This document shows, piece after piece, positions 35,876 through 50,768 of a stretch of DNA of 64,000 nucleotides. Source of the stretch: Tubulanus polymorphus (Eukaryota > Animalia > Nemertea). Within the stretch, counting starts at the first letter, position 1, and each line of letters starts with the position of its first letter. Position numbers and translations under genes: made by a program. The notes below the pieces were generated by a model. That model made no database searches and was not told the origin of the DNA. It saw only the letters and a program-made list of their open reading frames with translations. The stretch lies in NCBI RefSeq assembly GCF_964204645.1, contig NC_134028.1:21138345-21202344 (forward strand), written 5' to 3'.

Positions 35876-35947
35876 TTCCCACACCGAGAATCGAACCCGG
35901 GCCACGCGGGTGAGACACACGTATCCTAACCACTAGACCATATGGGA
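35876..35947 (-). pseudogene. Degenerate tRNA-Glu(CTC), duplicate of 26590-26661
   Basis: Four substitutions: the anticodon arm CGCGGC becomes CGTGTG (T-C mismatch and G32), plus one T-stem change. Confidence 0.75.
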
Positions 35948-36747
35948 CTACGACTTACACATAATCCAAATACGTTTTGATTGTTTTTGTTTTTTTTTAG
36001 CATTTTCGATAGATGATTGACGGCTTGAGTGATGAATAAGTGACAGCAAACATATAAACATTTTACACATAACCAAAGGTGCTTTTGTAGTGCATTTTTA
36101 CTATATTGAGTTGAAGCAGTTTCAATGGAGTTCAGAATGATGAATGTTAGTATATAGCGGACACGAAACGAGTAATTACCGCGGGGTAATCACTCTGTAA
36201 ATTTATTGAACTCGTTCATACTCTGCATCCATTGCGTCGTCTATTGTTTCATTCACATCATAGTACACTTACCTTCACCTAAACCACCTGTTTCAGACAT
36301 CACAAACCGGTGTTAACCCGAGCAGCGGCAGCAGCGGCAGCAGCGGCAGCAGCGGCAGCAGCGGACGTAGCGGTGAAATCATCTCATCCATTCGAGTAAA
36401 CACACATCTCTCTAACCCCTTCGTTCGGTTAACAGTTTTAACTGCTGTTACGTATGGTGGTACTCGAATAGAGCAGTTTACGATGTTTAAAGATTCAATA
36501 AACACTTGATCAGATATCTCTGGTTTACAGATAACCAGAGTTTATCGTCTTCATACAGAAATCCATCATCCAATCGGCTGCTATTGACGTTGATTGAGTT
36601 TGTGATCATTACCGGCCGTATTTACATCCGCCAGACTCTTCAATCTCATTAAAAATACGCCAGACCAATAGGGAACTGCCGACGCTACTGTGGCAATCGA
36701 GGATTCCGCATACGGCAAGCAGAGGATCCGCCAGGTGTCTCAAGAAC

Positions 36748-36974
36748 GTAAGGCAAAAAAAAATTGATACCTTGTTTCTCCGCTCTGCTGAGCTTAAATG
36801 TTGACCCGGCCGGCCGCCTATCTACCCTATACATTACTTTTTTAAAAATCGCGATCAATTTCACCATAACAGACCCGGCCGCTATGGAAATGAACTGTTT
36901 ATGAATTTTATCATATTTTACAAAAATGACCCGGCCGCTGCGGAGAAACAAGGTATCATTTTTGTTTAGCCTAA
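36748..36974. mobile_element. MITE with inverted termini
   Basis: aggcaaaaaaaaattgataccttgtttctccg ... cggagaaacaaggtatcattttttgtttagcct. Confidence 0.65.
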
Positions 36975-37602
36975 TTACTCTGCTTTTACCTACTGTTTTT
37001 GTAAATAATCGTAAATACTGTTTTTTTCCTCCATATACCATGGGAATGGTGGAGTGTAATAAATATTCGTATTTGTTTTCGTATTCGTATTCAGTCTGCT
37101 ATGTGTACTTGGAGTAATGGTTACTCCAAGTAATGATTACTATATAAACTTTATTGTCAAAGTGATTACTCCAAGGTGTATATAACATATATTCTGTGGA
37201 CAGTCGTTGTGTTCCTTTTTCTCTGACAAATTTTATTGCCTATCTTATATTTTTTGATATGAGTTATAATTGTAAATACTGCTTGATGTCCCTCTGTATA
37301 CCTATTGTTGTTGATGAGTGTAGATAAATTACATTTCAAAATTTCAAATTTCGATGACTGCCGTTTCAATTCCATCTTCGTTTCAGTCATAATCGAATTC
37401 AATGAAAACTATTATCAAGCACTTAGTAGAAGTAAATGTTTGATGGGTCCTGTGATAATGTAAGGATTTGGCGGCCTAAATACAGTTCAACCGAGGATGT
37501 TACGGAGTATTGATATCGCTTTTGTACTTATATAAGTTTTAATCAATAAATGATAAAGTGAAAAACAAAACGGTGTTCCCGAAAGTGAAAAACAAAATAG
37601 AG

Positions 37603-37674
37603 TTCCCACACCGGGAATCGAACCCGGGCCACGCGGGTGAGAGCCGCGTATCCTAACCACTAGACCATATGGGA
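37603..37674 (-). tRNA. trnE-CTC: tRNA-Glu(CTC)
   Basis: Identical 72-nt sequence to 26590-26661; downstream T-runs. Confidence 0.95.
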
Positions 37675-38072
37675 CTGCTAACAAAGTTCCGAGGATTAGG
37701 GTTAGGATTTACACTCCAACCATTTCATAAATTTGTCTTAACAAAAATATAACAAAGTTAACAACAATAGATACACTATTTACAATACACGAGCTTAGAG
37801 GGATCTATGTATACATGTCTGAGCCTATTTAATGAATTTTGCAAATGGATTGTAGGATTTTTTAGAATATCGAAATTGCCAAAAGGGTTCAAATTCACGG
37901 ATTTCATTCAGTAGAGTGCAATTAAAAATAGAATGTAATTCATCACATTGCCAGCGGAACATAATCATTTCTAACTTAAAATCTAGCAGGGATAGTTATT
38001 TTTGCGGTAGCCCAGTTTTATCGGGACCGACATGATATCTAGGTATATCAAATGAACCGTTTTGTCCGGACC

Positions 38073-38578
38073 CTACTGTCTGTCACACCTACTCTCCGTG
38101 CGACGTTTTGGTCCGTAATTTCGTTAATAATCGGTTTATCTACCTTTATTACGCATCAATTTGTTCAGTGAGGAATTTGCATTCAGAAATAAACAACAAT
38201 TTTCACTTAAGTTGTTTTTGTTTTAATTTATGAGCGATAGTTTACTCAGCATACGCTCGCGTAATGCTGAAAAATCCGCTCCGCGGACGCTCGGAAACGT
38301 TACAGTGACGTCATCACCTGCTCATTAGCATATCAAAATACAGTAGGTGGAGCCACGTGACGGGCCATAAAAGCCGTTTTTCAGCATTACGCGAGCGTAT
38401 GCTAGGTAAACTATCGCTGATAGAAGAAAACACAAACAAATTTCTGCCAGTTCATGATTTATTTCTGAATGCAAATTCCTTACTGAACAAATTGATGCAT
38501 AATATTTACAGATCAACCGATTATTAACGAAATTACGGACCAAAACGTCACACGAAGAGCATGTGTGACAGACAGTAG
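38073..38578. mobile_element. Foldback MITE with arms over 200 bp
   Basis: ctactgtctgtcacac...gacgttttggtccgtaatttcgttaataatcggtt mirrored by aaccgattattaacgaaattacggaccaaaacgtc...tgtgacagacagtag. Confidence 0.85.
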
Positions 38579-40402
38579 TTTCATCCTTACACAAGTTTGG
38601 ACCTTGATCTTCTCATTTACAGGGCAACAAGAGTTTCCCTGTTAGGAAGTAAAAGTTGTTAACGTGGAAAGAACCGAGTTGATACGATTCACCTGGCGGT
38701 GCTAAGTACCGTAAAAATCAACTGATAAATCTTTGTTTATCTAAACCTTATGTTTGTGAAACCACGTCTATATCTGCTGGCTAATCCGTGTCCTATTGAG
38801 AATACAGGGACCTCACACCGGCAAACAACATCTTTACCCCGTTCCGTTAAAAACCTAGCGAATACAGAGTTTCTATGTCAAGAGAGAGATGATAAGACGG
38901 AAGATACGCCCGGTGAGGATAAGCAGCTAGCTGAATTTCAAAGGCTGTCGGGCTTTTTTGTAAAAGTTGTAAAAATAATTTATTCCCTTTTCTCAAGAGC
39001 CAGCGAGCTGGAGTATATAATTACGCGTAGTTCTCTTCATCGTTTCGGTTTCGAGCATTAAACGCATTTTACTGTGAATTTATGATCCAAACCAAGCGTG
39101 AAAATTTAAAAAAACAGAACGCTTCTAATTGGCGTTTAACATTCCTGTAATAGTTGTTCGTGTAAACGTTTGTTTGTTTTAGTGTTTTTATGTTTCTTGG
39201 TAAGACGCGCATCGGTTTAGGGTTTGTGCAGTTAACAGAAGAATCTTCGACATAGAAATCATTGCAGTATTGGATGAAATGGTTGGAGCCAGTTTTATAG
39301 ACTGGTTTTAACTTAAACCCGAGGTAGAGTGAAGTGCAGTGAAATCACACAAGAACATTTTTAGAATGAATAAAGAATTAACGCCATATCCATATATTAT
39401 TTATATTTTTACATGTTTAAAGATACAATTGGTATACTATTATGTATATATATAGTGTACATCATATCTTTTGCATATTCAACACTTGATGAAAAGGTAA
39501 TTTATCTTTAGCTGCATCATCAGCATCAAAGTTTCTATATCAAGTCACTTCATCGGTTCCCTCTGGCAAGAATAAACTAACACAAATAATTGTCATCGGT
39601 GTAGGTGTTCGTTAGTTATTAAGTTCTCACCTCGGGCCTGATGCAACTTTCAGACATAATATACTTTTAAGTCGTTCAACACTGAATTTTAATTAGGGAA
39701 TTCAATACGCAAACTGCCCGAGGGGGTCAAACTCCGGGTTGAATCTGGATCTAGTCATTCAGTGTCGGTTTAATGTATTTGGTTTAACGGTATGTGTCGT
39801 ATTTATTCAGTGATAGATCATTGATCAAAAGTATAAACATTTCTATGTTTATCGATGCGATGTCACTACGAGCATCTAGTCACGTTCAGACCTCATTCCC
39901 TTCCGGAAAAATATTGATGATAAATACATATACGTATCTCCAAGTACACACACACGCAACATACAGGGAAAAAGTCTCGAAATGATTAAATGTCAAATGC
40001 TATTCGTGACGTATTGAGTGCGATTCAGCAACATTCAGGCGAATATTCCGAATCGCGAAGAGCTGTAATAGTTTCGTGACGCGCGTTTGATCCAAGCTGT
40101 ATTCCCTGGTGCCAAGACCACGTGCCAGCAGTTATCCCATCAGATGGCGTGCACAACAGTGGAACAAGACTTCCATCATCCGTTCCAACTTAGTAAACCA
40201 AATCGTCTCTCGGATTGACCCGCCACGTACTTCCGTTTGGCGCCGGATCTTCACCGGTGCTCAGTAAATGATGACGTAGGTGTTGGGCGTTCAATTAACG
40301 ATATTCCAATTATCTTCTCAGACTAATGAGATATATAAACATATACAACAGTTTCGCAAGTATTTCAATACGCGCGATGTTCTTGCTCGTTTGATCTAAA
40401 CT

Positions 40403-43400
40403 TCACGAATATTTATCCGTTATTTTTCGTATCCAATTCGCGAAATTCGGAACTATCGTGTATATACCGAATTTACCTTTTTCGCCGCATCCTTCTCCGA
40501 AACTGGTCACGCCGTAAACGTGCCATCGATCTTTGCCGTTTCGATGTATCCTGCACAGTAAAGGTCCACCGCTATCGCCTGCGCACGTGTCTATTCCGCC
40601 GAGTTTGTAACCGGCGCAAAGTTGGTTTTTAGTAATATCGAAATCGAAAGCTTTCTCGCATTCTGCGCGACTCGTCAGCGGCACTTTAACCTCGCGTAGG
40701 ACATCCGTACCGTACAAATGTGTTTCCTTCATTTTACCCCAACCTAACGAATAACACATTGTATTAGGCGGTAATATATCGTCGGATTCCGGAACGCAAG
40801 CGAAGTTGACGCCCTCGTTCGCTCTGACCGGAGATTTCAGTTTGACCAGCGCGATGTCGCTGTCTATTGTATCCATGTTGAAATCTGGGTGTACGAAATC
40901 TTTACTGCGTTTGAAATCGATTTCGGTTCCTTCGTGTAAACCGAAATCGTGTTCCCCGATACGAACGATCACCTTCCTCCGTCTGCCCTTCCGGCGCAGA
41001 CAGTGAGCCGCTGTAAGGACCCACTGTGGGGCTATCAGTGTACCACCGCAATACTGCTCCTTCCAATGGTTCAATATTGCGACCTAAAAACAGAAATAAA
41101 AAAGAAACCGATCAGATATCTTTCTTTTTATTTGAACTTCGTAGTCCATTGTGTACATATGGCGTCATATTGTCCGTCAAGCAGCTCACTGAAAGCTTAA
41201 AATTAAGGTTAAGTTAGAATTGTTGCCCTCATTAGAGACATGGTCTAACCACAAGAGCATTAAAACCAACACGATTCGAATGCATCTAAGCCCGCTTGGC
41301 CAGTTGGTGAAGTCACAGTCGGCCATCTCGGATGACATCGTGACCTATTTTGGTCATGAATTGTGACATGGAATATGATAGCTATGTCTGGAAAAACTAT
41401 TAAATTCATGACCAAAATGTATAATTTCAGAATCATAGATGGCCGCCAGTCAGCCATATTGGATGACATATTACTTAATTCGGTCACGTGATGGACCATT
41501 CCATTTCATATACTCTTATTGAAAAATGAATGCTCTACGTGGAATACTATAGCAGATGATAGCCAAAATGTGCATTTTCAGAAACCAAGATAGCCGCCAA
41601 TCAGCCATCTTGGTTTCGATTACCACAAATATCGAGCTCGTTCGAGATATTTTGGTCATACCAGGGAAGTACACTGGTCATACACTATATATTCGAATTT
41701 GAAGACGATTGGAAAAAAATTGTGGTCTGTATAGTGTTCACAAGAAACCTGATGCGCGGACGCATGCAGTCCATACCAGCACTTAGACCCAGCCGTACAG
41801 CATAAGCTCGAATAGCCTTCACTCAAGAGCTAAAAATTTGAGTATGAATTCTTCAGGAAAAATGTCGATGTCGATTGATAGTTAGATACCAAAACGTCGT
41901 ATGTTACTAAATTTTGTTTTTAAACTTTTAAATTCGTATATAGTTGGTTTTGTATCTTAATTCACCGCACCCGAGTCAGGCTGAATGTAGGATACACTGA
42001 AAACATTGAATCGATGCAAAAATACGTAGGAAATATCGCTTTCCTTCCGGTAGCATTAAAACAATATAAAACAGAAATACCGTACGATATCTTTACGAGC
42101 CTGTAGCTGCGAACCGCAAAAATTGAGGGAATGTGCGGGAATACAGCATCTATATCCAGTCTCGGCTGGTGCGTCTTTAATCTCTTGTAATCAATCCTAA
42201 ATCAAAACTTGAAAATAATTCTCTCTTAGAGTTCGACTACTCACCTGCCAGGGCCAACTACCGCGTCTAGTCTCGTGACCCCCGACGATCCTCAAACTCG
42301 GAAACGATTTCCGAATTCCGCATTCAACATTGGCGAGCACATCTCGTACCGGTGAAGTGTTATGGGTGTCGTCCACTCCTGGCTCGCCACCGCGGTCTTC
42401 ATTTACTTCTTAAAATCAAAACAGAATGGACATACATTAATTAGGATCTGGATTCAATCGTTCATAAAATAATATAGCGCACTCTATTCGTTTGTAACGA
42501 ACTCGAAATGAGAGAAATCCTACTCGACTTACCCCTGTCATTTGTGAGAACTAGTTCGGTTGCTGTTCCTTTCTTTTTATTGGCGCATGCGCTGTCGCTC
42601 GCTCTGCACTTCCGCACTTGTTGGAGTATAGTATTCTTACAGAGTAGCTGCACCGTACATTTACGGATACGTTTTTTCGTACAGGCCCTGGTGCACGGCG
42701 ACCAATCGGACCAGCTGCTATAGACGAGCTTATACAGCATCGTCCCGAGCATCCTCTGGTCATCTGCTCGACTGTGAGGCTGGCCTCGCTTTTTCTTCGT
42801 TTTCGACCAACAGCCCGAGTTGTACCGGTAACAATGCCTCGTCTCTCTCAACGTTAGATTTCGACACGTTCGATGGTTTACGCAAACTCGACTGCGATAT
42901 TGGCGACATTTTCGACTGCACGGCGACCAATCGGTCCACTCCCCGAACGATTCAGATTGGAACACCGACAGCACGTGTTTTTCGATTGGACCGCTATGGG
43001 GGTCGTATTTCACATCCTAAATACATGAATACATGGATTATTTTCGATTCACGAACAAATAGGGTGTTATAGAAGTAATGCACGTGACGTCACTGTTATA
43101 CTGGACTGGACGGTTATTCACTGTAACGTCCAGAATGACGCGTGTGAACACGTCCGCATTATTCCTCCATTCCGAGCCATTCCAGGACCACACGAAGTAA
43201 ATCCCACAATGATTCAGCCATAGATGAAAAGTTCTCGAATGGACGTGTGTATATTTAAGCAAAGTTTTGGCTAAAGACATCATCAGGCGTACTGATTACA
43301 GAAAGAATTTACTTGATATTCATACAATAAAAATCAAACGGGACCGAGTGAGACTCGTTTTTTCATCTCTCACGGATATTGCGTCTCGACTTATTTCAGG

Positions 43401-46400
43401 ACCAGTGCATAAGTTAAGATGTTTTTTTCAAATATTTCTCGTTGCGGCTCGATTTAGCAGTGGCCTTGCTGCGGGTTGAGCTATACACACGGCTATTGTC
43501 GTGTTTTAAAAAAATATTGTTCTTTATAACTGATGAAATCGGCTCCGATAAAGACGTATTGTGAATATATATGTATATGTGTAATAATTGAACGATGGCC
43601 AAATCAGATTTGCAAGTCAATCCTTGTTAATTTCATCCGCATTATTTTCCTGCTGCGTTTGACACGTAGTTTACGATTTGAGACTTTTTATCGAATGTGT
43701 GTGTGTGTGTATTCTGATCTTATCGAATCGTTGCATTAACGCTAGACTAAAACACATTATAGAGATTAGTGAGACCCCCAACTAATAATCCATTTATCGT
43801 GGCAACGATTAAGAGGTTAAGCCTCGTCAAATCCCAAATCATCATCACCGATAGAACCAGCTTTTAATGATATCAAAATAGGCAAAGGGGGTGAATAAGT
43901 GGCAGCCATCTTGCAGAAAAGTCTTTCTATAAGTTTATTTTCTTCTAAGGCAAGCAGTTACCGGACCTATCCTATCCTTATTTTCTATTCCTATGTTTCT
44001 TCAATTGAATTAGTTGAGTCCATGATGAAAAAATTCTTTCCATGGACAGTCACTTTGTTTATGGAAGCCAACATTCCTTAATTATGAATACAGATTGGTT
44101 TCCCTCATGATATACTCATCGAAAGGCCAGTTTTACGTTCAAACTCCTCCGTGATAGCTAATCGACCACTCACTCGTGTAGTAGAATACACGGAAACGTT
44201 GAATCGTTACAGACAAGATGGTTACAAGTTGATTTACTTATTGATTAGAGCGAAGAAAAGTGATAAACGCCAGAACAACTTGAGTTCCGTGTAGAACGTG
44301 AATGAGTCTCACCGATTCGGTCGTGAAAACATGCCGGCAAATTAGCCAGTACAAGCGGTACCAGCTCGGGGTACACTGCTTCCACTAAATACCACCTCAG
44401 GGTACCGTGGTAACAAACTGTATCCACTAAATACCACCTCAGGGTACCGTGGTAACAAACTGTATCCACTAAATACCACCTCAGTGTACCGTGGTATACA
44501 CTGCATCCACTAAATACCACCTCAGGGTACCGTGGTATAGACTGTATCCACTAAATACCACCTCAGAGTACCGTGGTATGCACTGTATCCACTAAATACC
44601 AACTCAGGGTACCGTGGTATACACTGCATCCACTAAATACCACCTCAGAGTCCGTGGTATACACTGTATCCACTAAATACCAACTCAGGGTACCGTGGTA
44701 TACACTGCATCCACTAAATACCACCTCAGAGTCCGTGGTATACACTGTATCCACTAAATACCACCTCAGAGTACCGTGGTATGCACTGTATGCACTAAAT
44801 ACCAACTCAGGGTACCGTGGTATACACTGCATCCACTAAATACCACCTCAGAGTCCGTGGTATACACTGTATCCACTAAATACCAACTCAGGGTACCGTG
44901 GTATACACTGCATCCACTAAATACCACCTCAGAGTCCGTGGTATACACTGTATCCACTAAATACCACCTCAGGGTACCGTGGTATACACTGCATCCACTA
45001 AATACCACCTCAGAGTCCGTGGTATACACTGTATCCACTAAATACCACCTCAGGGTACCACTGCATCCACTATATACCACTTCAGGGTACGGTGGTTTAC
45101 ACTGTATCCACTAAATACCACCTCGGGGTACCGTGGTATACACTGTATCAACTATATACCAAACTTCCTGGTGGTTTAATTGTTTACATATATAAATCGC
45201 ATATGTTATTGGTAGATCGAAGGCGAATGTTTAGGATGCCTCAGAAGCCTAATTACTGAAAAACTGTAGCGACGTTGTATTTACACTCAAAGCAAAACTA
45301 TAGATACGTTGAAGATATGCGAGCTGGTAACTTCTTTCGCGTTACTGATTTTCCCTAATTTTACCAATAATTGAAAAATCGATCGTCACTGGCTAATAGT
45401 CAGGTAGAAAAAGGCAAATTTTCGAGATGCTAATTTATCAAAGTCTTTTGGTTAAAGAGAAGCTATTCAAATGACCGGATTCGAATACTGAAAAAATGAT
45501 ATACATTACACTTTACCCTCTAGAAAATATGACTGCCTCAATAAATCCGTTATGAAATTTCATTGCATTTCCTGAATAGTTTACATCAATAGATACCAGA
45601 TGACAATACGGCTATAAAATAAATTCGTTTTACATAAATCAAATGCCAATATGCAATCGAAAACAGTTTTGATTTTGTTGTTATCGATTATCAAAAGACT
45701 CGATAGTAACGGAGTTTATGAAGCCATCAGAGGAGCTAAACCATAAAATAGCTCTTAAGCTTACAACTAAATGATTATTACAAGTCTTTTTAAAGTTCTT
45801 AAAGGAAACCCTTACATTCAAAGTGTTGTTCCGTTGCGATATACAAAGAAGATCAAAATGCCAGGAGAAAAAATACTTCAAAGAAACTTCAATTTTTATT
45901 TTCAATCGATTTCTATCAGTGGCGTCCGCGAACGAGCTATAGGATTGAAAGACGGTTATTGTTTGAATGCGGTAATTTTTGACATTGTAGCAAAAGAGAG
46001 GTCAAGAGAAAGATTACAGAGCGGAGGATCGGATCACCTTAATCTTTTCTTCCAAGAATAAAATTTGTTTGTTTTCAGTCGTCGGATACTTAGGCCTGCT
46101 CTACTGCCGTGTATGGTATTATGTGTATGGTAGCTGATTCGGGCCGGCACTAGAACGCCCGATATGGCACGAATCAGCTATAACGTATAATATTCAATTA
46201 TTTTTGCAATATTTGAATAAAACTCGTCCACATTTGTTCATGACCTTTAGAAATTCGAAAATTGTATACCGTTCGTTTTAACATACGTCATATTCGATAA
46301 ACACAGGGACAAAATAATCATGCACGAAGAATCTATTTCCAATCAGCAATCATCAGGAATTGATATCATAAGCAGCCTTGCTCTTAAACACCGATTAATA

Positions 46401-48787
46401 ACAAATGGGAAACGACTTCATATTTATTGAAACATCCGATGCCAAAAAAAATCTGAAATTATGTCAATTCCTCACATCCTTTCGAAATACTGTAAAAGAA
46501 TATTTCATTTCTCAATATGTCTATATTAAATGATGTAATTCTGATTGATTCAATTTAATGTACCAAATGTCATGGAAACATTATATATTATATTATATGT
46601 TAAATGCTTTGTCGTGTAACTTGTAGGTATGAATTGGGTATGAATGGGCGTGAATGTGAGAGTGTGGGCGACTGGGCCCTTCGGGTAATACGTATATTTT
46701 AACTTCATCAGTCGTCCAGCGTCTAATATTACATTATTTTCTATCCTGCTACTTCATATTGTTATCAAAATCGTGAGTAAAACATCATCAAACATCATGC
46801 AGCAGCAACTAAGATAAAAGGTGCCCTAATCATTTGGCCGTGTGAATACCAAACCAAAATGGCAACGCCGCATATATGCTTCCATTAACAAAATGTGTCT
46901 TAGAATGCGATTGCCATAAAAATCGAACCTCTGAAGAGATCATCAAAGCGCTAAAGATCAAACCAATTGAATTGACAAGTATATAATATATACACCGTTT
47001 AGTTTTATTTGCCGAAGGTTCATCAATTATGATTTGAATTCGCGTCTACACACATACACCGCGTTCATATTGTCTTAAATAAATATTTTATCAATCGTAT
47101 TTTATCTATGAACAGATGAACTTGTAATACTTGTCTATATGGTAGAGAATGGAATTTGATATATTTGCCGTGAACCACTCCGATACTGACAGCACTGGTA
47201 TGGGGGCTTTTTTAAGCCGAGGTATGGAAGACTTGAAAATACTATACGCGATACGATTAGAAGACATTTTTCTCTCTATTCGAGTTTAGTGATGATGCAC
47301 GCAGATACGCGCGGATAAAGAAGATAATCCACGCTTCTTTCAGGAATCACCTCAGCAGGATGGATCGGACCCAGGGCCACCAATAACCATCGGCGGATCT
47401 AGGGGCACTGATAGGACTTGTGCGAGTCAAACTGATAGCAGTGCCCCTGAAATCCTGAGCCCTATTTCATCGCCGCAAATATAAAGAAGAAATTCAAGCT
47501 TTTGTCTTCACGGATTTCCGAGTCCATGTTTTACATTTCACTGTTGTCTATTTCAGCAAAAAGTCATCGAGACTCAAAAGAGATCTATTTCAAAAATAGT
47601 TTAATAATAATGTTTCCATTGGTATGAAATTTTTATCATCACACGAATGCAAGCTCACAGTGATTTTCAATATTAACTGATTCTCAGTTCAATCGAGGCA
47701 CGGAGTAAAGGTAGGTTGTAAGGGTCGGTTCTTTGTCTATGGGGTATATCAGTTATTTTAAGTTCACAGATTCACGGCATGTTAACGGTCAGAGGTACAT
47801 CAACAGCTGTACAGCATAACCGACGCCTTCTGTAGCATACTTCAAGTCAAAACTTCGGACAACTGATGCCGGGGGTTATGGACTGCAAGGTATTCATTCA
47901 TACACGATACGCAAAGACCGTACATTCATAACCCGAAAATAATTCTAAAACTGATAAACCATTCTACGCTAGTTCTGAACTATGATCGATAGGGTCATGG
48001 TTACAAAATCGTTTTTGAATGAATAACCTATTTGACTATACTTTCAGTAAAACAATAGTTGTCGTGTATAAAACCTTGGAATAATCATTTATCAAATGAT
48101 TACTCCAAAATAAAACCAGTCAATAAGTAAATATTAATAATGACGATGCTTATATAGCGCTAAAAGCGGGGGACGTGGCTGCTGCACAGAAAGACTTCAT
48201 ATTTCATAGTATTCTACTTATTTCTCGTTTCAGTAATTATATTCTAGTGATGTTTCACTTGTTTTCAATGAATTATTTCTCTGTGTACGGAATGCCGTAT
48301 AAGCAGCCGTCATTGTAACAGAATTTATGGTAAGAAATTTGTCAGAAACGATCGAAACTGAACCTTCAAAGTTCAGCGATGATATACGTACGTATGGTAA
48401 AGAATGTGCGAACGCAAAATAACGAATCGACTATACGATCTTTATGCCGCATTGTTGTAAAATAACTGAGTATTTCTTACATAATCATGATGACATAATA
48501 GTAAAACTTTGGAAGATAAACTGCGAAATTAATTCATATGCATTTGAAGTATACTCATTAAACTTCAATCTAATAAAAGGTCGGTTAGTCTGTAACTATG
48601 TGTAAATAATGGCATGCTTCAATTCCATATTGTGAAATTGATCGAAATGAAATTAATAGAAATCATAATATCTTACCTTTTGCGGTCGTTCGGAATAAGC
48701 AAGTTGTAATCCAAAAACTAGTAAAACAGCTATAAGAGGAGTCGGGTTACTGGTATGAAAGTTACAACTCAGCAATGTAGACTTCAT
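40403..48787 (-). CDS. Secreted trypsin-like S1A serine protease with two N-terminal thrombospondin type-1 repeats
   Basis: Exons 48677-48787 (MKSTLL...LIAVLLVFGLQLAYSERPQK, signal peptide), 42533-43016 (WTDWSPCSRKC; WSDWSPCTRAC), 42245-42408 (ECG...LR/IVGGHETRRGSWPWQ), 40403-41083 (TAAHC, DIAL, DTCAGDSGGP: intact triad, S1 Asp). Phases 0, 1, 0 are consistent. Confidence 0.92.
41290..41835. repeat. Interspersed repeat with recurring GATGGCCGCC...GCCATCTTGG motifs
   Basis: Motif repeated three times within a protease intron; typical of non-autonomous elements, family not identified. Confidence 0.5.
44362..45160. repeat. 35-36-bp minisatellite (CACTGTATCCACTAAATACCACCTCAGGGTACCGTGGTATA-like), about 21 copies
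   Basis: Contiguous units with no unique spacers, in protease intron 1. Confidence 0.95.
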
Positions 48788-50483
48788 CGCGACCGACGAC
48801 GCATGTGTCAAACGAACGAATTTACCCTAATTACGTATTATATCCAACTTCATAGCTTTGACACTTTTAAACAGAGCATAATAATCTCCGGCGCAATTAA
48901 CGCAAGAGACGAGTAAATTATGACACAAACGGTATCGTACTGTAGGTGCTACTGAGAGCCGCCGCGTATGATGTATATGCACAACGCGGTAGTGTGCGGG
49001 TACTCTGAAGCGGCGTGTTACAACCGGCGGCCGCTTTCAAACATAACAAAACCTGATCGAATGCAAATTAACGTAATCAGCTACGATGTAACGAACTGAA
49101 TTAATTGTGAGTTGTTTCGAGCTCGGAGACTGATTAATCGATAGGTTTGAGATTCTTGTTGGTTGTCGTTTAAATTACTATACTTAAACTTGATTGTCAG
49201 TTAATAAAAAACGTTTGACAAATAACATAGAATGACACATTTATAAAGATGGTAACAACAATTTACAGTCCGAAAAATCCGAAAAAAACACAAAACATTA
49301 TACATCTTATAATCGAATTGTCTTAAGCTTTTCCATAAGTTTTAAAATCTCGAGATGCTTTGAACATAGTTTGTTTTGCCCATTAAATTTATGAATTTAT
49401 CGGTGTTCGGGTGTACAAAATACTTTCTTGGGATGTGTTGAGATTAGGGTGTAGCGAATGTGAGACATACTAGTAAAACGCGGTATAAATCTTCAATTTG
49501 ATTCATATCACATCATTACAAATAGGGCAGGTTCGATTCTCATTAGGTACTGGTTGAGGTCGTCGCTCTCCACCCTCTGCCTTGGTTGTAGGTAAAAATC
49601 CCCTAGGTAAATATCCCGGGGTAAAATCCCCTAGGTAAAAATCCCCAAATATTCAAAGTAGGTAAAAATCCCCACTTGGTGATTTTCGAGAGCATTTCAA
49701 AGCAAAATGTTTCTCCAATTTTGTTCATTTGTAATGAGACTGAAATGTGTTTGAACTGCGCAATGGATTCTTTCGTTGGGATAAATTCTTTAAGTAAACT
49801 CTTAATACTCTCCTTAGAATAAAATAAAATGAATCTTTTATTTGTAATACACATAGGTTATGATTAAATGTGGCCTTTGTGTTGTCTCGACATTTCACGA
49901 AATATATACTCAATTTGTGCTCAATTTGTATGAAATGACGAATATTTGGGAATGTCGAGTCTGATAGCGAAAATTAATAAAAGCATTCGAGTTATGAAAG
50001 TCATAGTAAACACTTTGTAATGATTCAGTAATCAGTATACTGCCGAGAACGATTCTTATCTATACTACTTTTTTTGATTCAGTCATTTTGGCTTGTTGTG
50101 TAATAAGTAGGCTAATAAGCAAAACGATAACTTTCAGCTAATTTCGATAGCCCTCGACCAGAAGACATTGTTTATTTGGGTGTGAAATATGCAGATAGGT
50201 TGTCCTAAAAAGAGAAACAAACATTTATTCATCCCGGCGTTTGACGCGCGTGAAATACAACGATGCTTTATTCATGTAACAGTTTGTAACATGTTTCTGC
50301 AGAAATCTTCTCCATTCTATCGACCTGGATATGATTGGAAATCGGTCCAATCGAAGAAGGGCGATAGTGGATCTTGTCCAAACCTCCCCCTAAAAATATC
50401 TAACCCGAAAAATCCCTTTTTTCTATTTAGATGAATATAAAGCAAATAGAAGTGGTATTTTCTCGTGCAAAATGATGAATATA

Positions 50484-50768
50484 CAATGGTATTGAGATTG
50501 TTCTGAATAATTTCATGTAATTCATAGTTCATCGTCCTGGAAATCTTACCCAATTCTTCTCATAATTTCAAAGTATCTCTTACGTTGAGGGGAGACTCCC
50601 TTGAGCACCCCCGCGCGGACAATGGTATTGAGATTGTCGTATTGCGTATTGTTTCTGAATAATTTCATGTAATTCATAGTCCATCGTCCTGGAAATCTTA
50701 CCCAATTCTTCTCAAAATTTCAAAATACCTCTTTCGTCGAGGGGAGACTCCCTTGAGCACCCCCGCGC
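50484..50768. repeat. Local tandem duplication of about 140 bp
   Basis: caatggtattgagattg...ggggagactcccttgagcacccccgcgcg occurs twice in succession. Confidence 0.85.

Noticed and set aside
44362-45160. 36-bp repeat array superficially like a CRISPR array
   Set aside because: Units are contiguous with no unique spacers, there are no cas genes, and it lies in a eukaryotic intron; it is a minisatellite and its ORFs are artefacts.
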